Notes under the pieces: generated by a model
Told to the model about the DNA's origin: nothing
Seen by the model: the letters and a program-made list of their open reading frames with translations, nothing else
The model's database searches: none
Position numbers and translations under genes: made by a program
Shown: piece after piece, positions 1 through 13,072 of the stretch
Layout: each line of letters opens with the position of its first letter
How positions within the stretch are numbered: the stretch's first letter is position 1
Source of the DNA: Microbotryum violaceum
Lineage: Eukaryota
Direction of reading: 5' to 3'
Length of the DNA: 64,000 nt
NCBI GenBank assembly: GCA_001244265.2
Contig: CDLV01000013.1
Location: 1,240,001 to 1,304,000 of the forward strand

Positions 1-2089
1 TTGGCAAAGGCTGCTGATGCTCTCAAAGCGCGGAGCAAGGACGATATGCGCAGTCCAATCTGTGTCATTCTTGGGCACGTCGATACCGGTAAAACCAAAC
101 TGCTTGATAAGATTCGACAGACCAACGTCCAGGAGGGCGAAGCCGGGGGTATCACACAACAGATCGGTGCGACGTACTTCCCGATGGAAGCGATCCGATC
201 CAAGACCGGTGTGCTTGGCGACAACGACTTGAAGGAATACAAGCTTCCCGGTTTGCTCGTCATCGATACACCGGGTCACGAGTCGTTCACCAACTTGCGA
301 ACACGTGGTTCGTCGTTGTGCAACATTGCCATCTTGGTCGTCGACATCATGGTGAGTAAGGAGCGGGGTTGAATCTACGCACGTATCAGCTCGCTAATCA
401 CGGGCTTTATCTCTTTCTCCATTCATCACAGCACGGTCTCGAGCCTCAAACTCTGGAGTCGCTGCGATTGCTCCGAGAAGGCAAAACCCCTTTCATCGTT
501 GCGCTCAACAAGATCGATCGTCTGTACGGCTGGAAGGCGATCCCGAACGGAGGTTTCCAAGAATCGCTCGCGTCGCAATCCCCCGCCGTCAAGCGCGAGT
601 TTGAAGATCGATTGCAAAAGACCATTCTCGCATTTGCCGAACAAGGTCTCAACTCGTTGCCTTACTACAAGAACAAGGACTTTGCTCGCGTCGTTTCGCT
701 CGTACCGACTTCGGCCCACACGGGAGAAGGTGTGCCGGATATGCTCATGCTCATCATCAAGTTGACGCAAGAGAGGATGGCCGAACGCCTCATGTACATC
801 TCGACGCTCGAGTGCACGGTCCTCGAGGTCAAGGTCATTGAAGGTCTCGGAACGACGATTGATGTCGTTTTGTCGAATGGTGTATTGCGGGAAGGGGACA
901 AGATCGTCGTGTGCGGTCTCAACGGTGCAATCGTCACCCAGGTGCGAGCGTTGCTCACACCTCAGCCCATGAAGGAGTTGCGCATCAAGGGTCAATACGT
1001 CCACCACAAGGAGGTCAAGGCTTCACTCGGAATCAAGATCGTCGCGCCCGATCTCGAAAAGGCGATCGCCGGTTCTCGTTTGCTCATCGTGACTGAGGAT
1101 GACGACGAGGACGAATTGAGGGAAGAGGTCATGTCCGATCTGACGGACTTGATGAACTCGGTCGATAAGACCGGCAAGGGTGTGTGCGTCCAGGCCTCGA
1201 CGCTCGGTTCGCTCGAGGCTTTGCTCGAATTCTTGCGCGTCAGCAAGATCCCCGTCAGCGGTATCAACATTGGTCCTGTGCATAAGAAGGATGTCGTTCG
1301 TGCGTCGACGATGCTCGAGAAGCACAAGGAGTTCGCCGTCATGCTTTGCTTCGACGTCCCCGTCGACAAAGAGGCGGAGAAACTCGCCGACGAACTCGGC
1401 GTCAAGGTCTTCAAAGCGGATATTATCTACCATTTGTTCGATGCGTTCACGGCTTATAATGCGCAGATGCTCGAGGCCAAGCGAGCCGATCTGGCACCGA
1501 AAGCGGTGTGGCCCTGCAGGCTGAAGATTATCGCTTGCTTTGCGAAGCGTGATCGTGCGTGCCTCATGTTTGACCGCTCCCTCCTCGAAACAAGCAGTAC
1601 TGACGCGTAAATTTTACCCCGTTCACCACAGCTATCATCGTTGGGTGCGACATCATTGAAGGATCCCTGCGAGTCGGGACACCGCTCTGTGTCGTGCGAA
1701 CGGACGCAACAACGAAGAAGAAGGAAATAATCGGCCTGGGCAAGATCACCTCGCTCGAGATCAATCACAAGGTTAAGGATGTGATCAAGAAGTCCGAAGC
1801 CGGTGGTGGAGTTGCGGTCAAGATCGAGCATGCGTCATACGAGAGTGCCAAGCAGTACGGTCGACACTTTGATGAGAACGATGAGCTTATTTCGTTGATC
1901 TCGCGGACGTCGATCGATACGTTGAAGGACTTGTTCAGGGCTGAAGTGTGAGTTTCTGGGCAGGCCACTGAATCAACGTTCCGTGGTGCCTGTCGCTGAC
2001 TGCTCTACTCCTTCTCATCAACCTATCACAGACCGAAGGAGGATTGGGTCCTGATCAAGAACCTCAAGACTAAACTAGATATCGTTTAA
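1..2089 (+). CDS. FUN12: Translation initiation factor eIF5B (IF2-like GTPase), 5'-truncated, spliced
   Basis: Motifs [42 protein letters not shown] and [17 protein letters not shown] introns near 352, 1555 and 1946. Stop TAA at 2087-2089. Confidence 0.97.
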
Positions 2090-2283
2090 GCGTTTTGAAG
2101 ACCTCCCCTTACTGTACTAGCATGTCCTTTCCCTGCAATTTCTACGCTGTCTGTAATTCGGGTCCCTTGTGTGTGACAAAAACATCAACATTGCATATTC
2201 TCACCGGAAGTAGGCACACAATTCTTCTTGAGAGGATGACGAATGAACGAATAGGGACAAAAGCAAACAACAAAGGCGTGCGT

Positions 2284-5200
2284 CTAGCTCATCAAGATCG
2301 CTAGCTCCTCCTTGCGCTGCTGCAAAAGCTCGGCCTTGCTCAATGTCTTTTTGACACTCATGTTGGCCAAGTCCAATTTTCGCTTTTGAATTTTGCGCAT
2401 GTTCTCCTCGATCGTCGTTTTGATTACGAAACGGACGGTTTGGACGGGCATCGTTTGTCCGAGACGATGGATGCGGTCGACGGCTTGGTTCTGTCACGAG
2501 GGAGGATAGACAACTTTGTCAGCAGTGCTTCAGATGTCAAATACATGGAATGACCGCTCACTTCAACAGCTGGGTTCCAAAATGGTTCCATAAGGTACAC
2601 GCGTCGACCGGCGGTTAGATTGAGTCTGTGCCAGAAAAGTCGGCCGTGTCAGTCATCATCAACAACTTCGTCATAGTGGATGGATAAAGCGAGCACCTAC
2701 CCAACACCACCAGCGCGCAACGAGACCAGTAGCACCTCGCACGCCGGATCCGTCTTGAAGGCCATCATCGCCCTCGACCTCGCATCGCGATCCATACTCC
2801 CGTCCAAACGACCGTACTTGATACGTTCGGAACTAAGAGCATCCCCGAGACGATCGAGATAGCTCGTCCATTGGGAGAAGACAACAGATTTGACGACTTC
2901 GCCTTTGTGAGGTTGGAAACCAATGGTGCGGGTTTCTCCTTCGCGGGGTTCGTCGCTTGTGTAGAGATCTCCGCGAAAGTTGACGGAGGCCGGATTGGCT
3001 TGTGAGAAGGGACGGAGGTCGTTGACCAGAGCACTGCACAAGGGCGGGACCGTCAAAAGCAGCTCCAACCCGCACCTGAAGGGCCGAAGGTACCCACAAA
3101 GTCTTTGTTGAATGCTCAAACACTCGGTCAGCGGCGCTCTTCTTGCCTCCCTTGGTCGGCTTGACATCCCCCTTATCAGCCTTCTCCGTCGCGCGCAAGA
3201 ACTCCGTCGCACCAATTTCAACTGCGTCCAAGACAGGTTTGAGCATTTCTTTGCAGACGCTACACGGTGCCGTATCTCCTGCTTTCGGCGAAGCCCAATC
3301 GTTGTAGATGTGGTGAATGAAGCACAGGCGACAGAACAAGTGTTGGCAACGAGTAACGACGGAACGTAGCTCGTTCGGTGAGGCGGGTCCACCACCATTG
3401 TCTTCGGCATCGGACGCGGCGGCTGATGCAGTGCTGGCTTTGGCAGTCTTGCGGCTCTTCTTCGCGGGGGTTTTCTTCTCCATCCTTGATTCATCCTCAA
3501 CCTCATCGGCACGTTCGTCATTCGAACCAGCAACGGGAAGCATCTCTGTCCCGCACTCGGAGCATTGTCCTCCACCGGCGTCCCGCATAAGGAGGAGCAG
3601 CGGGATTGCACGTTGTCTCGAAATGCCGTATTGTTTGATTGACTCGACCACGCCTGTTCCCCCAATCTTGGCATCCTCCGAGTCCCTCACGAGAGCAGGG
3701 TGTACGCAGATCTGTCGAAGCCTCAGCAGCTCTTGAAGGATCGAGCAGTAATTCTTCATTACCGAATCGGTTTCTTCCAATTTGGCGAAATCGTGCTTGT
3801 ACCGCTGATGATGAACCTGATAGAACGCATGCTCCTCGGGCGAAAATTGCAGCTCGACCAAGTCGGATTTGTTGGGCGGAAGGGACAGGATTGGTTTACC
3901 GTCCTTGTCGGTAGATTCTTTAGTGCGCCGAAGAGCGAGATGGCGCATGATGAGTTGGAGCCGGTCAACACCGAGGGGATCACCGATCTTGGCAAGAGAG
4001 CCGATGTGTTGATTCCATACCGATCGGTCGGTGAAGGGTTCAAGGCGAAGAAAGCGCACGAGGGAGAACAAGTCGTTGAGCGAATTCTGCAAGGGAGTTC
4101 CCGACAAAGCTATCCGTCGAGGCGTGGCAAGTTCACATGCTGCTCGAGCTTGAATCGTCGTATGCTCCTTGATAATGTGCGCTTCATCAAGCACAACCCG
4201 GTACCATTCGATCTGCTGCAGTGGTGACGCGCCATCACCTTCCAGCTTCCGTCTCTTGCGCTTGGGTTTTGTGGGCTTGCCCGCTTTGACGATCGGATCA
4301 CCGGCCCTGGTCTCGACGTGTTCGCCGTTCGGACCCAACACGAAAACCTCCAGCATGTCGTCCGAGCTCCCCTCTCTTGAGGCTTCCGCTTCTCGTTCAT
4401 CCTCCGCTCTCGACTGCTTTGAATACTCAGTGCCGAGCGTCGAGAAGGTCGTAACAACGACATCATAATCTGCTAATCGAATAGGATCCTGTATCCTGTG
4501 GTTTCCATGATAGACGTAGACTTTTATCGCTCGTTCCTCCGCTGCCGCTGCCGCTGCCGGTGCAGTAGCTGCTTTCTTGCCATTCCTCTCGGACTTGGGT
4601 CGAGGCTTGTACTCTTCGGATCCATCAGTAGCCCCACCACTGTCCTCATCCTCTTCGTCCGATTCAAGCTTGGGCAAACCCGACGTGACGGTATAAACTC
4701 GTCCATCAGCGTATCCAGTGTGCTCTTCGAACTGACTCTCCCAATTCTGGACCGTCGAGAGGGGACAGACGATCAGAGTCGCCCGACTTCGCGTGACGAG
4801 ACGATTATGCCGAGCCGCGATAGCGTCCTCCCTCTTCTGCTCGCGCTTCGCAGCCGCTTGCTTCTTCTTGCTCAGTGGTCGTCCGGTCGAGGCCGACGCG
4901 GTCGGGTTTCCGTACTCGACGAAGCCGTACGCCCGACCCGAGAAATCCCCAATCCCGAGTTTCGGCGGAGCAGCCGCTTTGGTGACCAAGGAGTCGACAC
5001 GATCGTCTCGATTCTCACGATCAATGGGGGCCGTGTACCACTTTCGAGCATCATCGAGCGTCGTGGCGACCAAAGCGATGATCGCAATCGTTTTCCCCAA
5101 GCCCATGTCGTCGGCCAGAATCGCTCCTCGAGTTTGCGGAGGCGGTTCGGGTCCTGAGATTCTGAGATCAGCGACCACGCTTTTCCAACCAACGGGTTGA

Positions 5201-7574
5201 CCGTAAGGATTACTCTCCCTCGACCAAAGCGAGAGGATCGTGGGGTTGCCTCGCTCGTCCTTTTCAGGAACCTCATGAATGCGTTCGCGATCGAGTAGGA
5301 ATGATAGAGCTTGTTTTTGATGCGGATACAGCTTCGTCGTGACCATCGGTGCTGTGCGAAGATCAGGGTCACACACGTCAGCAACAGTCGGAAGACTTGG
5401 GTCACCTGTACAGCCAAACTTACGAGGTTCTACCTCGTCGAGCTCCATCACACTCTTCAAACTCTTAAACACCTCGTCGACCTGACTCCGCGCTTCATCC
5501 TTTTGGCTCACAACTCGTGTCGCGCCCAGACCCGACAGACCATAGATCCCGGCTTGAAAATCGTGTCTTCGGCGTTCGGACGCTCGTCCTGCTGCTGGGT
5601 TGTGGGGATTCGAATATCGGGCTCCACTGTGAAGGGCGGGATTGTAGGCCGAGGGATGTTCGAGGTAGATCGTGTTGCGCTCGAGTGTGGATGAGATCGC
5701 TGGCACATCTAAAGGTCGGGCGAAGAGCAGCAGTACCAAGGGGAGCAGAGTCGGCTGCAGTCATCAATCGGGAGTCAGCATTGAAAAATTTGTTGAATCA
5801 TAGTGGCTTGATGGGAGTGAAGGCTACTCACACTCCGCTCGGCTTTTCGCATCACATGGGCCTCACACCAGATCTTGCCTCCCAACTCGGGCGTGATGCC
5901 CGCGCCCGACCACCCATTCCCGAGTAGCGGCCCAATGACGTCAGCGACCCTGTGCTCGACCACACCAAAAGTTTCTTTCCGCCTCGACGAGACCAGTCGA
6001 AGGGTCTCGTGCCCTTGTTGCGCGTCCCCGCGGTAGATGTAGACGGCCAGAGGTGGGGGAGGTTGTTGGGCGAAAGGAAGCTGCTGGGCCGCGGGTACGG
6101 GCCGACCTTTGTCATCGACCGCGGCGGCAGGTGGTTGCAGTTCGGGGATGGGGTAGAGTATCAGGGCGAGGCTGGTAATTTGTCCGATGCAGATGGGGTG
6201 ATCATCGATAATCATCTCGTCGGGATCACTGGGAATGTCGTCCTCTGTGAGATCGATCATGGTATTCGAGCCCGAACTCGACGTCGAAGCCACCGCCGAG
6301 TTTGCGACGGCTCTCCCGTTGCGAGATTGCTGAGGATGGTCGATGCCTGCCCCCGCGTTCGGATTCAGAGATGAGCTCGGGTGTAGTGCAGTCAAGGGTA
6401 CGAAAGGTCGGCTCGAGCCCGGAAAGGTGCCACTTCGGCCAGTCGGCGTCGGCCTGTTGTCGCTCGCCGACTTGCGAGCTGCAGCGACCGAGGCGGCTTG
6501 CATGCGATAGTAGGCCTGCAAAGGGTCGGGCGAACTCTGTATTGAATTGGAGCTTAAGCCATTCTTTTCCGTACTCCCTTGTCGTTTTGGGGTCGAGCCC
6601 GGCAGCGATCTTGAGGCGGACGGGCCGGTGACAGGGGTCGGGTGGGTCGACGCGGCCTTCGCTAGGGCCGGACTGCGGAACGCGGACGTGGCATGTCCCG
6701 GTAGCAGCTGAGAGGCGAAAACAATCGGTTTCGTCGAGATGGATGCGAGCGCTGCCGAATTGAATGCACCACTGTTGTCCGCCGCGGGGGACTGGGATCT
6801 GACCTGGGCGAAGGAAGCGAGCATGGGCGAGGCCTGGCTCGCGGAGCTGACGGTGGGGGAGAATGACGAGGGCAGCGTCAACGAGCGCGTCGGATGCGGA
6901 TTCGCGAACGAGCCAAAGCCTAGGGCGGGGTTCGCAGCACTCGAGGTTGACGGAGTGGATACAAAGGGTGAGGTGGGTGCGGTTGCGAATGCAGTCGAGG
7001 AAGCGCCGAATGTGACTGCAGCGGTCCGAGCCGAGTCCGACTCCGAGTCCATCGCCGAATGCGATGCTGACGGGTTCGGGATCGCGCCAGGATTCGGGTT
7101 CGAGTTGGAGCTAGATCCCGGCTGCTGTAGAGGCTTGCTGGCCACGTTCAAGGGTAGTGGTGTTGGTTTGTTGTACCTGGTATCGCCACCAAAACGACCT
7201 CCCGCCAATGGTCCGGATGACCTGCTTGATACGCCACTGACGAGAGTGCTCGTCGCGGTCGTCATAGCGTCTCGGGTTCGGAATGGCGCTGCTGACGATG
7301 GCGCTGCTGCGGGAGCAGACACTGCCATGTCGGACCCAGCCCACGAGTCATCAAGGAGGGTAGTCGAGGGTGGTGATTCGGTGAGATCGACGACTCCAGT
7401 AGTCAAAGCGGTAGGCTGGGTGGCCGACGACTGATCAATCATCGAGGCCCCAGCAGTAGCACCGCCCAAGTCGGACGGCGTGCCGACTTCCTCATTGTGG
7501 TGGGCCTTGCTTGGGCTCTGCGGTGTCGGACGCGTCCTCACCTCGATCTCTTCGAACCCATTAGCAAACTCCAT
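2284..7574 (-). CDS. SNF2-family DNA-dependent ATPase with RING finger (RAD5/HLTF/RAD16-like)
   Basis: Motifs GAILADDMGLGKT, TLIVCPLS, RVVLDEAH, ALSGTPLQN, VFSQWT, LRAGGVGLNL and QAVDRIHRLGQ. RING C-x2-C...C-x-H-x2-C-x2-C...C-x2-C. Long low-complexity N-terminus and a HIRAN-like segment. Start codon is tentative. Confidence 0.9.
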
Positions 7575-8159
7575 GCCCGGTTCAGGACCCCGGCGATGTT
7601 GTGTGGTTGTCACTCGTGTGGCGGGTTACTCGGAGTTGAGGGTCAAGTGCAAGGAGGCGAGTGAGACGAGAGGGGGAGCAAGCGCGTCCTCGGCCATCGC
7701 TGACTAAGGGGAGGGTGCCCAGCCTCAAAGGGGGAACACACGCGGTCCGTGCGTGCGTCATCGCCGACCAAATGGGGAAACTTGTACCTTGAGAGTTCAG
7801 ATAGCCAGTCTGAGCACAGGGTCACCGAAGGGAGGGTGAATTTTACAATATCGCTACTCTGTTTCGCTTTCAACCAAGAAAAAAAAATTGTAAATATCAA
7901 TGTCCCCCGCACGGAATTTGTGCCGACTCCGAGATGTCCGAGTGTCGCGCAGAGTGACGGCAGGAGCCGAGAGAGGCCGAGACTGGCCGAGAGCTGCCGC
8001 TGCCGAGAGCGGTGTCCCTTTCCGCAGCTCGAGCTTGCTCTCCGCGCTCGACCGCTTGCTCTTGATCTTATTCGACTACTACGCCGGCGGCCAGCGACGA
8101 CCACCATTCTCCGCCGCCTCGCCTCCAGAGTGTTGTGGCCTAGAGCTACAACGACCATC

Positions 8160-10150
8160 ATGACCGCACCACTTGCACCCGTCTCGGCTGAACGGACTCG
8201 CTTACTCGCTGAGATTGAGCGCTTGCAACGCCAACTCGGGCAGCTCGAGCTTGATGAACGGGGACGTGATGCGGTGGCTCAGAATACGTCGGCACAAGCT
8301 GAGAGTTTTATGGGCGCTGCGTCGTCGGTCGCTTCGACTAGTCAAGCTCGGAATGGGAAGGAGGACGCGATCAAGCCCAAGAGGAGGGTCAAGACCGTTC
8401 CCGACCTCAACGGTCCACTTCCCCCGTCGCTCGCTCGAGCACCCAAGCGACACATCGCTCTCATGATCACGTGAGTGGTCCAACGTAGTACCTAAAAATA
8501 CCTTTCCCCGACTCAAACCTCCTGGTCTGCCGACAGATACGAAGGTTGGGCACATTCCGGTCTGGCGTATCAACCTCCGTCCTGTCCGACCACGCGACCG
8601 ACCGTTGAAGGCGTCCTACTCGATGCTCTCGTCAGGGCCCGACTCATCGAACCTATCGTCAACACCGATGGATTTGGATGCGGGTTCGAGCGCTGCGGTA
8701 GGACGGACGCCGGCGTCAGTTCGTCAGGCCAGGTTGTCAACCTTTGGGTCCGCAGCGATCTTGCCGACCCCATGAACACGGGCATCGTGAATGACTCCGA
8801 AAGCGACAACGATTCGGTAACATCTTCATCCTCTGCTCCACCTAGCAAGAACGGCGCAGCATCCAAAGGCAAAAATGTCGCTTCGGTGGAACTTCCCTAC
8901 GTTTCATTGCTCAATCGCCACCTCCCCGACTCGATTAGAGTCCTCGCTTGGTCCCCCGTCTCGGCGACCTTTTCCTCCCGTTTCTCCTGCCTGTGGCGTC
9001 ACTACAAGTACTTCTTCTCCAGCTCTGTTACGGCTCCAATACTGCGTGGTCAGTTCGATTTCGGCGCCGCGTATTCTCAACTCGAACCGACAGGAACCGA
9101 ATCTCTAGACTGGCAAAAGCGTCTCGCCGCGATCGATTGGAAAGGATTAGAACTCGACGTCCACGCGATGCGAGATGCGGCCGGTCGATTGGTAGGTGAA
9201 CACGACTTTCGGAATATGTGTCGAGTCGATCCTCCGAAACAGCTCGTTTCGCATGTGCGCAAGGTCGTTTCGGTGACGATTGATCAGGTTCGGGGTGAGG
9301 GAGAGGATATGTTCGTTCTTAATCTCAGGGGGAGCGCGTTCGTGAGTGTTGTGTTCCTTGCTTTGTATGCACTGCACAAACTTTGCTGAACGTTTTTCCG
9401 CCATGCTCATGCTTACAGTTGTACAATCAAGTCCGATCCATTATCGCGCTCTTGTTCCTCGTCGGGGCGCGGCTCGAACACCCCTCCATCATCGAACGTC
9501 TTCTATGGACGTCGGATCGCACAGCAACAACCGAAGCTATGCATCCATTGAAACCTGGTACCCAACGTGACGTTGTTGATGGTAAACCAGGCTATGAGAT
9601 TGGCGATGACTTGCCCTTAATCCTCTGGCAAGCAGGGTACAACGAGTCCGAATTCGATTGGAGGATCGATCCCGGACCTCCTCAAGGACCCATCACCAGT
9701 CCTGATGAGATTCGCAAAACTTCAACACCCACGATTGAGCTTTTTAGAGCGCAGTATGGGAAGATGAATCAGGCGTATACGGAACAGAGGCTCAAGGCGA
9801 TCGTGCTTAAGCATCATTTGGCGGCCTTCGCTTTCCAAACGCCGGCTACACCAGAAACGATCGACCCGAAGGAGACGAAGCATCATAATTTTACGTATAC
9901 GCCTTTGGGGATGGGAAGGGCTAGTAAGACGTCGACTTATACGCCTTTGTTAAGGAGGCAGAGGGCGGACTTGCCCGAGATTCAGAACGCGAAATGGGCA
10001 AATGGGAGGGGAAAGGAGAAGGTGATCAAGAGGAGGCAGAATCAGGAGGCGTCGAATCGCGCGAGGGTGGTCAATTTAGAAAAGAAAAGGATTGCGCTTG
10101 AGGAGAACGAGAGGGATCAGGTAATCAAGATTGGGAATGCATCAGATTGA
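8160..10150 (+). CDS. DEG1: tRNA pseudouridine(38/39) synthase, TruA family
   Basis: Motifs KRHIAL..YEGW, CGRTDAGVSSSGQV, LNRHLPDSIRVLAW, GEHDFRNMC and GSAFLYNQVR. Two introns. Confidence 0.9.
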
Positions 10151-12101
10151 AGAGGGTGGCTTTCTTGGTCAGCTTTCTGCTGTGGCGAGGTTGAATCGGC
10201 CACTCATACAATGCCACTGAACACAGTATCCACTTGACAACAGCTCGACTTGACGTCTTGGTTGCCCCGTCCTATGTTATAGCAAAACGGACCCTCAAAA
10301 GTGGTATGATATAGATATAGATATAGATACCCAAAGTAAGAGAGGAGACACGGGAGAGGGGTACAACCAAGAAACGAGACCGAGAAGGAGAAGGAGATGC
10401 TTGAGACTGGAGACTGGAGCACAATGTCGAATGAGACTCGAAACACGCAGAAAGTGAGAGCCAGGTAAGATGCTATACTGGGTCTTAGCTCCCCTCCCTT
10501 CGTTCCACTTCACAACCTCATCCGCTCTTTGCAAAGCATGCGCCTTCGACATGTATCATTACAAGTGGTTATTGACCGCTAGGTTAAAAGCAATTCGAAG
10601 CTACGACTCCGTAGTTCTAGCTAGTCAGAGGCTACTTACACGGCTGTTCTGTAAAGCATCCCATTACACTCCTCCGTCCGAGTTCCGCCGTACTTTCCTA
10701 CCATTGCTTGTCGTTTTTCCAGTCTCGGATGCGCAAAAGTGTGAGAGCCTGGGCGCGTTCATAATCACTCCTCTTCCTGCTTTTCTTCAGTCCCGTTCGG
10801 CCGTCTGTCGGCCGCATGCATTGTCGTTGATAGTTTGCCTTGAGACACCAAGTACGGGGTTTATCCCGAAGCACTTTACATACCGAAACCGCCGTCGTTG
10901 ACCCGATTGATCGCTGGACATAACTTGTACTACGAGGCGCCGCGTCCAACGTCGATGATCGGAGTGCTGAGTTACTAGTACACATGCTGTGCGCGTCACG
11001 TGAAACCAGAATTACTCTTTTTTGGCCGAAAGTGATCGCCAGGTGTTGACGTCGTACAGCTCAGGCTCTGTCTCAAGCGTTGGGCAACTTAAGTGAATCA
11101 GTGCAGTGGACGACTCTCGGCCCGGGTTGCACAACTTGAGGCAGTGTGGTACTCCGGATCGTGCCCAACAACGGCAAACTCGACTACCGTGTCCGGCGTA
11201 CGACCCAATTTGACTGCCGAGCTCCGCCGCGCCGAACGGGTGTTCGATGGTTCGGCGTGCACCCCCCACGGCGCCACCTGCGACGAGTGTGACCTTCTCG
11301 ATCCAAGCTTCCGATGGCCAGATCTCCTTGTGCACGACCGACGACTCACCGACTACAACTGTGACTCGATTGACCCGGCGGGGAATGAGGAAAGTCTACC
11401 AGCGCGCGCGACGACTCCCGATCCTGTCCCTGAGCGCTAGTCGACTCCTGACTCTGGCTACCCAAGTCCATTCGCGAACGCCGAAAGCATCGGAAGGAGA
11501 GAAGTCTCAAATTGTCCGAACGGAACCTTCGGGTACAAGAAGCAGAGGGTCGAACGAAGGACAAGTACAACTAGTTAATCGGAACATCTTAGCGATCACG
11601 TGTATCATCGAGTTCCAGAATCCTGGTATATCGGAAGGGTTGCGAGTTGTAGGAGGTGGCAGAGCAGAAGGGGGGGGGCCGCTTCGGGGTGCAAGGGCAG
11701 GGCAGGGGTAGCGCAACGGGCAAGGGGGACTTGGGGACTTTTGTGGCTCGACGAGACTCGGTTTGGTCTCTTTCTTAGGCAGATCACTCCAGGAGGAATC
11801 AGGCCATAAGGTTGGATCCCCCCCGCGCGCGCTTTGCCCCTCTCGCGTCAGGCCCGGTCGCCGTCGTCGCTCTCTCTCCTCTTCTGTCGCGTTCTGCGCA
11901 CAAGTTCCAATGGCAACCGTTTAGCACTTCCACAGTAATTGAAGCACCGGTATGCGTGGCAACCTTTGACCATGACTGGCGGCTCGAGTCAGTCAGACCA
12001 TGGAGCTGATCGTAAACCACGCTCCCTGTACGGGTCCTCACGCCGCATCCATACAAGGGATAGGTCACTGGCACCGCCGTTTATCGCTGCCGGTGTCAGC
12101 G

Positions 12102-12333
12102 AATCCTGAACTTACCGGGTTCTCCTATCTCAACAGTCACGCGCGTGCGGGGTATCTTCCCCGATTTAGTCTACTAAAAATCCTGCACTTACCGGGTTCT
12201 CCTATCTCAACAGTCACGCGCGTGCGGGGTATCTTCCCCGATTTAGTCTACCAAAAATCCTGGACTTGGCACCGGGTTCTCCTATCTCAACAGTCACGCG
12301 CGTGCGGGGTACCTTCCTCGATTTAGTCCACTG
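12102..12333. repeat. Tandem repeat, 3 copies of a 77-bp unit
   Basis: Unit CTTACCGGGTTCTCCTATCTCAACAGTCACGCGCGTGCGGGGTATCTTCCCCGATTTAGTCTACYAAAAATCCTGSA starts at 12111, 12188 and 12265. The third copy has a GGC insertion and decays at its end. Confidence 0.95.
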
Positions 12334-12426
12334 AATTATCAGAATTTCATCCTTTCTGAGAGTACTGCCTCCCCCTGCGATTACTCTTCCCTCAACCCTT
12401 CTCACCCACTTCCTCATCGAAGCCAG

Positions 12427-13072
12427 ATGAAGTTCATCAAGCTCTTGGGCGCCATGATCGCTCTTTTCACCTGTGCTTGCCAGGTCCACGCCGGCGGGTG
12501 CCAATCGGCAGAAGATCACGGGTGGTGAGCCTTCTTTTCAGTTCCAACACGCTGCCCTACCGGATACTCACTCCATCTCGTCGACTTCATAGGCTACCCC
12601 CTGGTAATTGCGCTTCTCGCTTCTTTGAGTGCTTAGTAGAGCTCCAGAATTCGATTGGCTTGGACGGGTGCGCTTGTATTACCCTCGTATCAGGTTGGGC
12701 GCCGCAGTTGCTTGAAGCTACGTACTGATAAGCGTTGTACCCGGTCATAAAGACAAGACGAAACGAAACTCAAAAACGGAAGGGCCGATTGCATTAAGAC
12801 CTTCGACAAGTTCGATACCACTGTGTATTATGACAACTGCGTCAGTATCCTATGCAGGGACTGTGATGAGCCGCACGGGTGGTACGAATTATTTTGGTGA
12901 ATCCCATCCGTTCATCGTTCGCTCTTCACCTTTGTATCCCGCTAATCCCGCTGACGAGAATTTTCTCTGGGTCTTCCTCTTTTGTACGTCGAGAAGGCGA
13001 ATTTGGGGCCGTCATTTGTGTCATAAGCGCCAAAAGAAATATTGCCACGCCGTTTGGATGGATGACTCATGA
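12427..13072 (+). CDS. Small secreted cysteine-rich protein (effector-like), about 125 aa, 4 exons
   Basis: Signal-peptide-like MKFIKLLGAMIALFTCACQVHA. Exons 12427-12524, 12593-12667, 12753-12881 and 12997-13072 join in phase. Donors are GTGAGC, GTGCGC and GTACGA, with branch-like CTCAC, CTGAT and CTAAT/CTGAC. If the last intron is retained the ORF stops at 12900. Confidence 0.65.

Noticed and set aside
10605-10690. tRNA-like 5' start (GACTCCGTAGTTCTAG)
   Set aside because: No T-arm/B-box (GTTCRANNC) and no acceptor-stem pairing.
10295-12074. Several 60-150 aa ORFs on both strands
   Set aside because: No recognisable motifs or consistent splice model; could be decayed sequence or non-coding.
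12102-12333. Repeat-encoded pheromone precursor
   Set aside because: The 77-bp unit is not a multiple of 3 and no repeated CAAX peptide appears.
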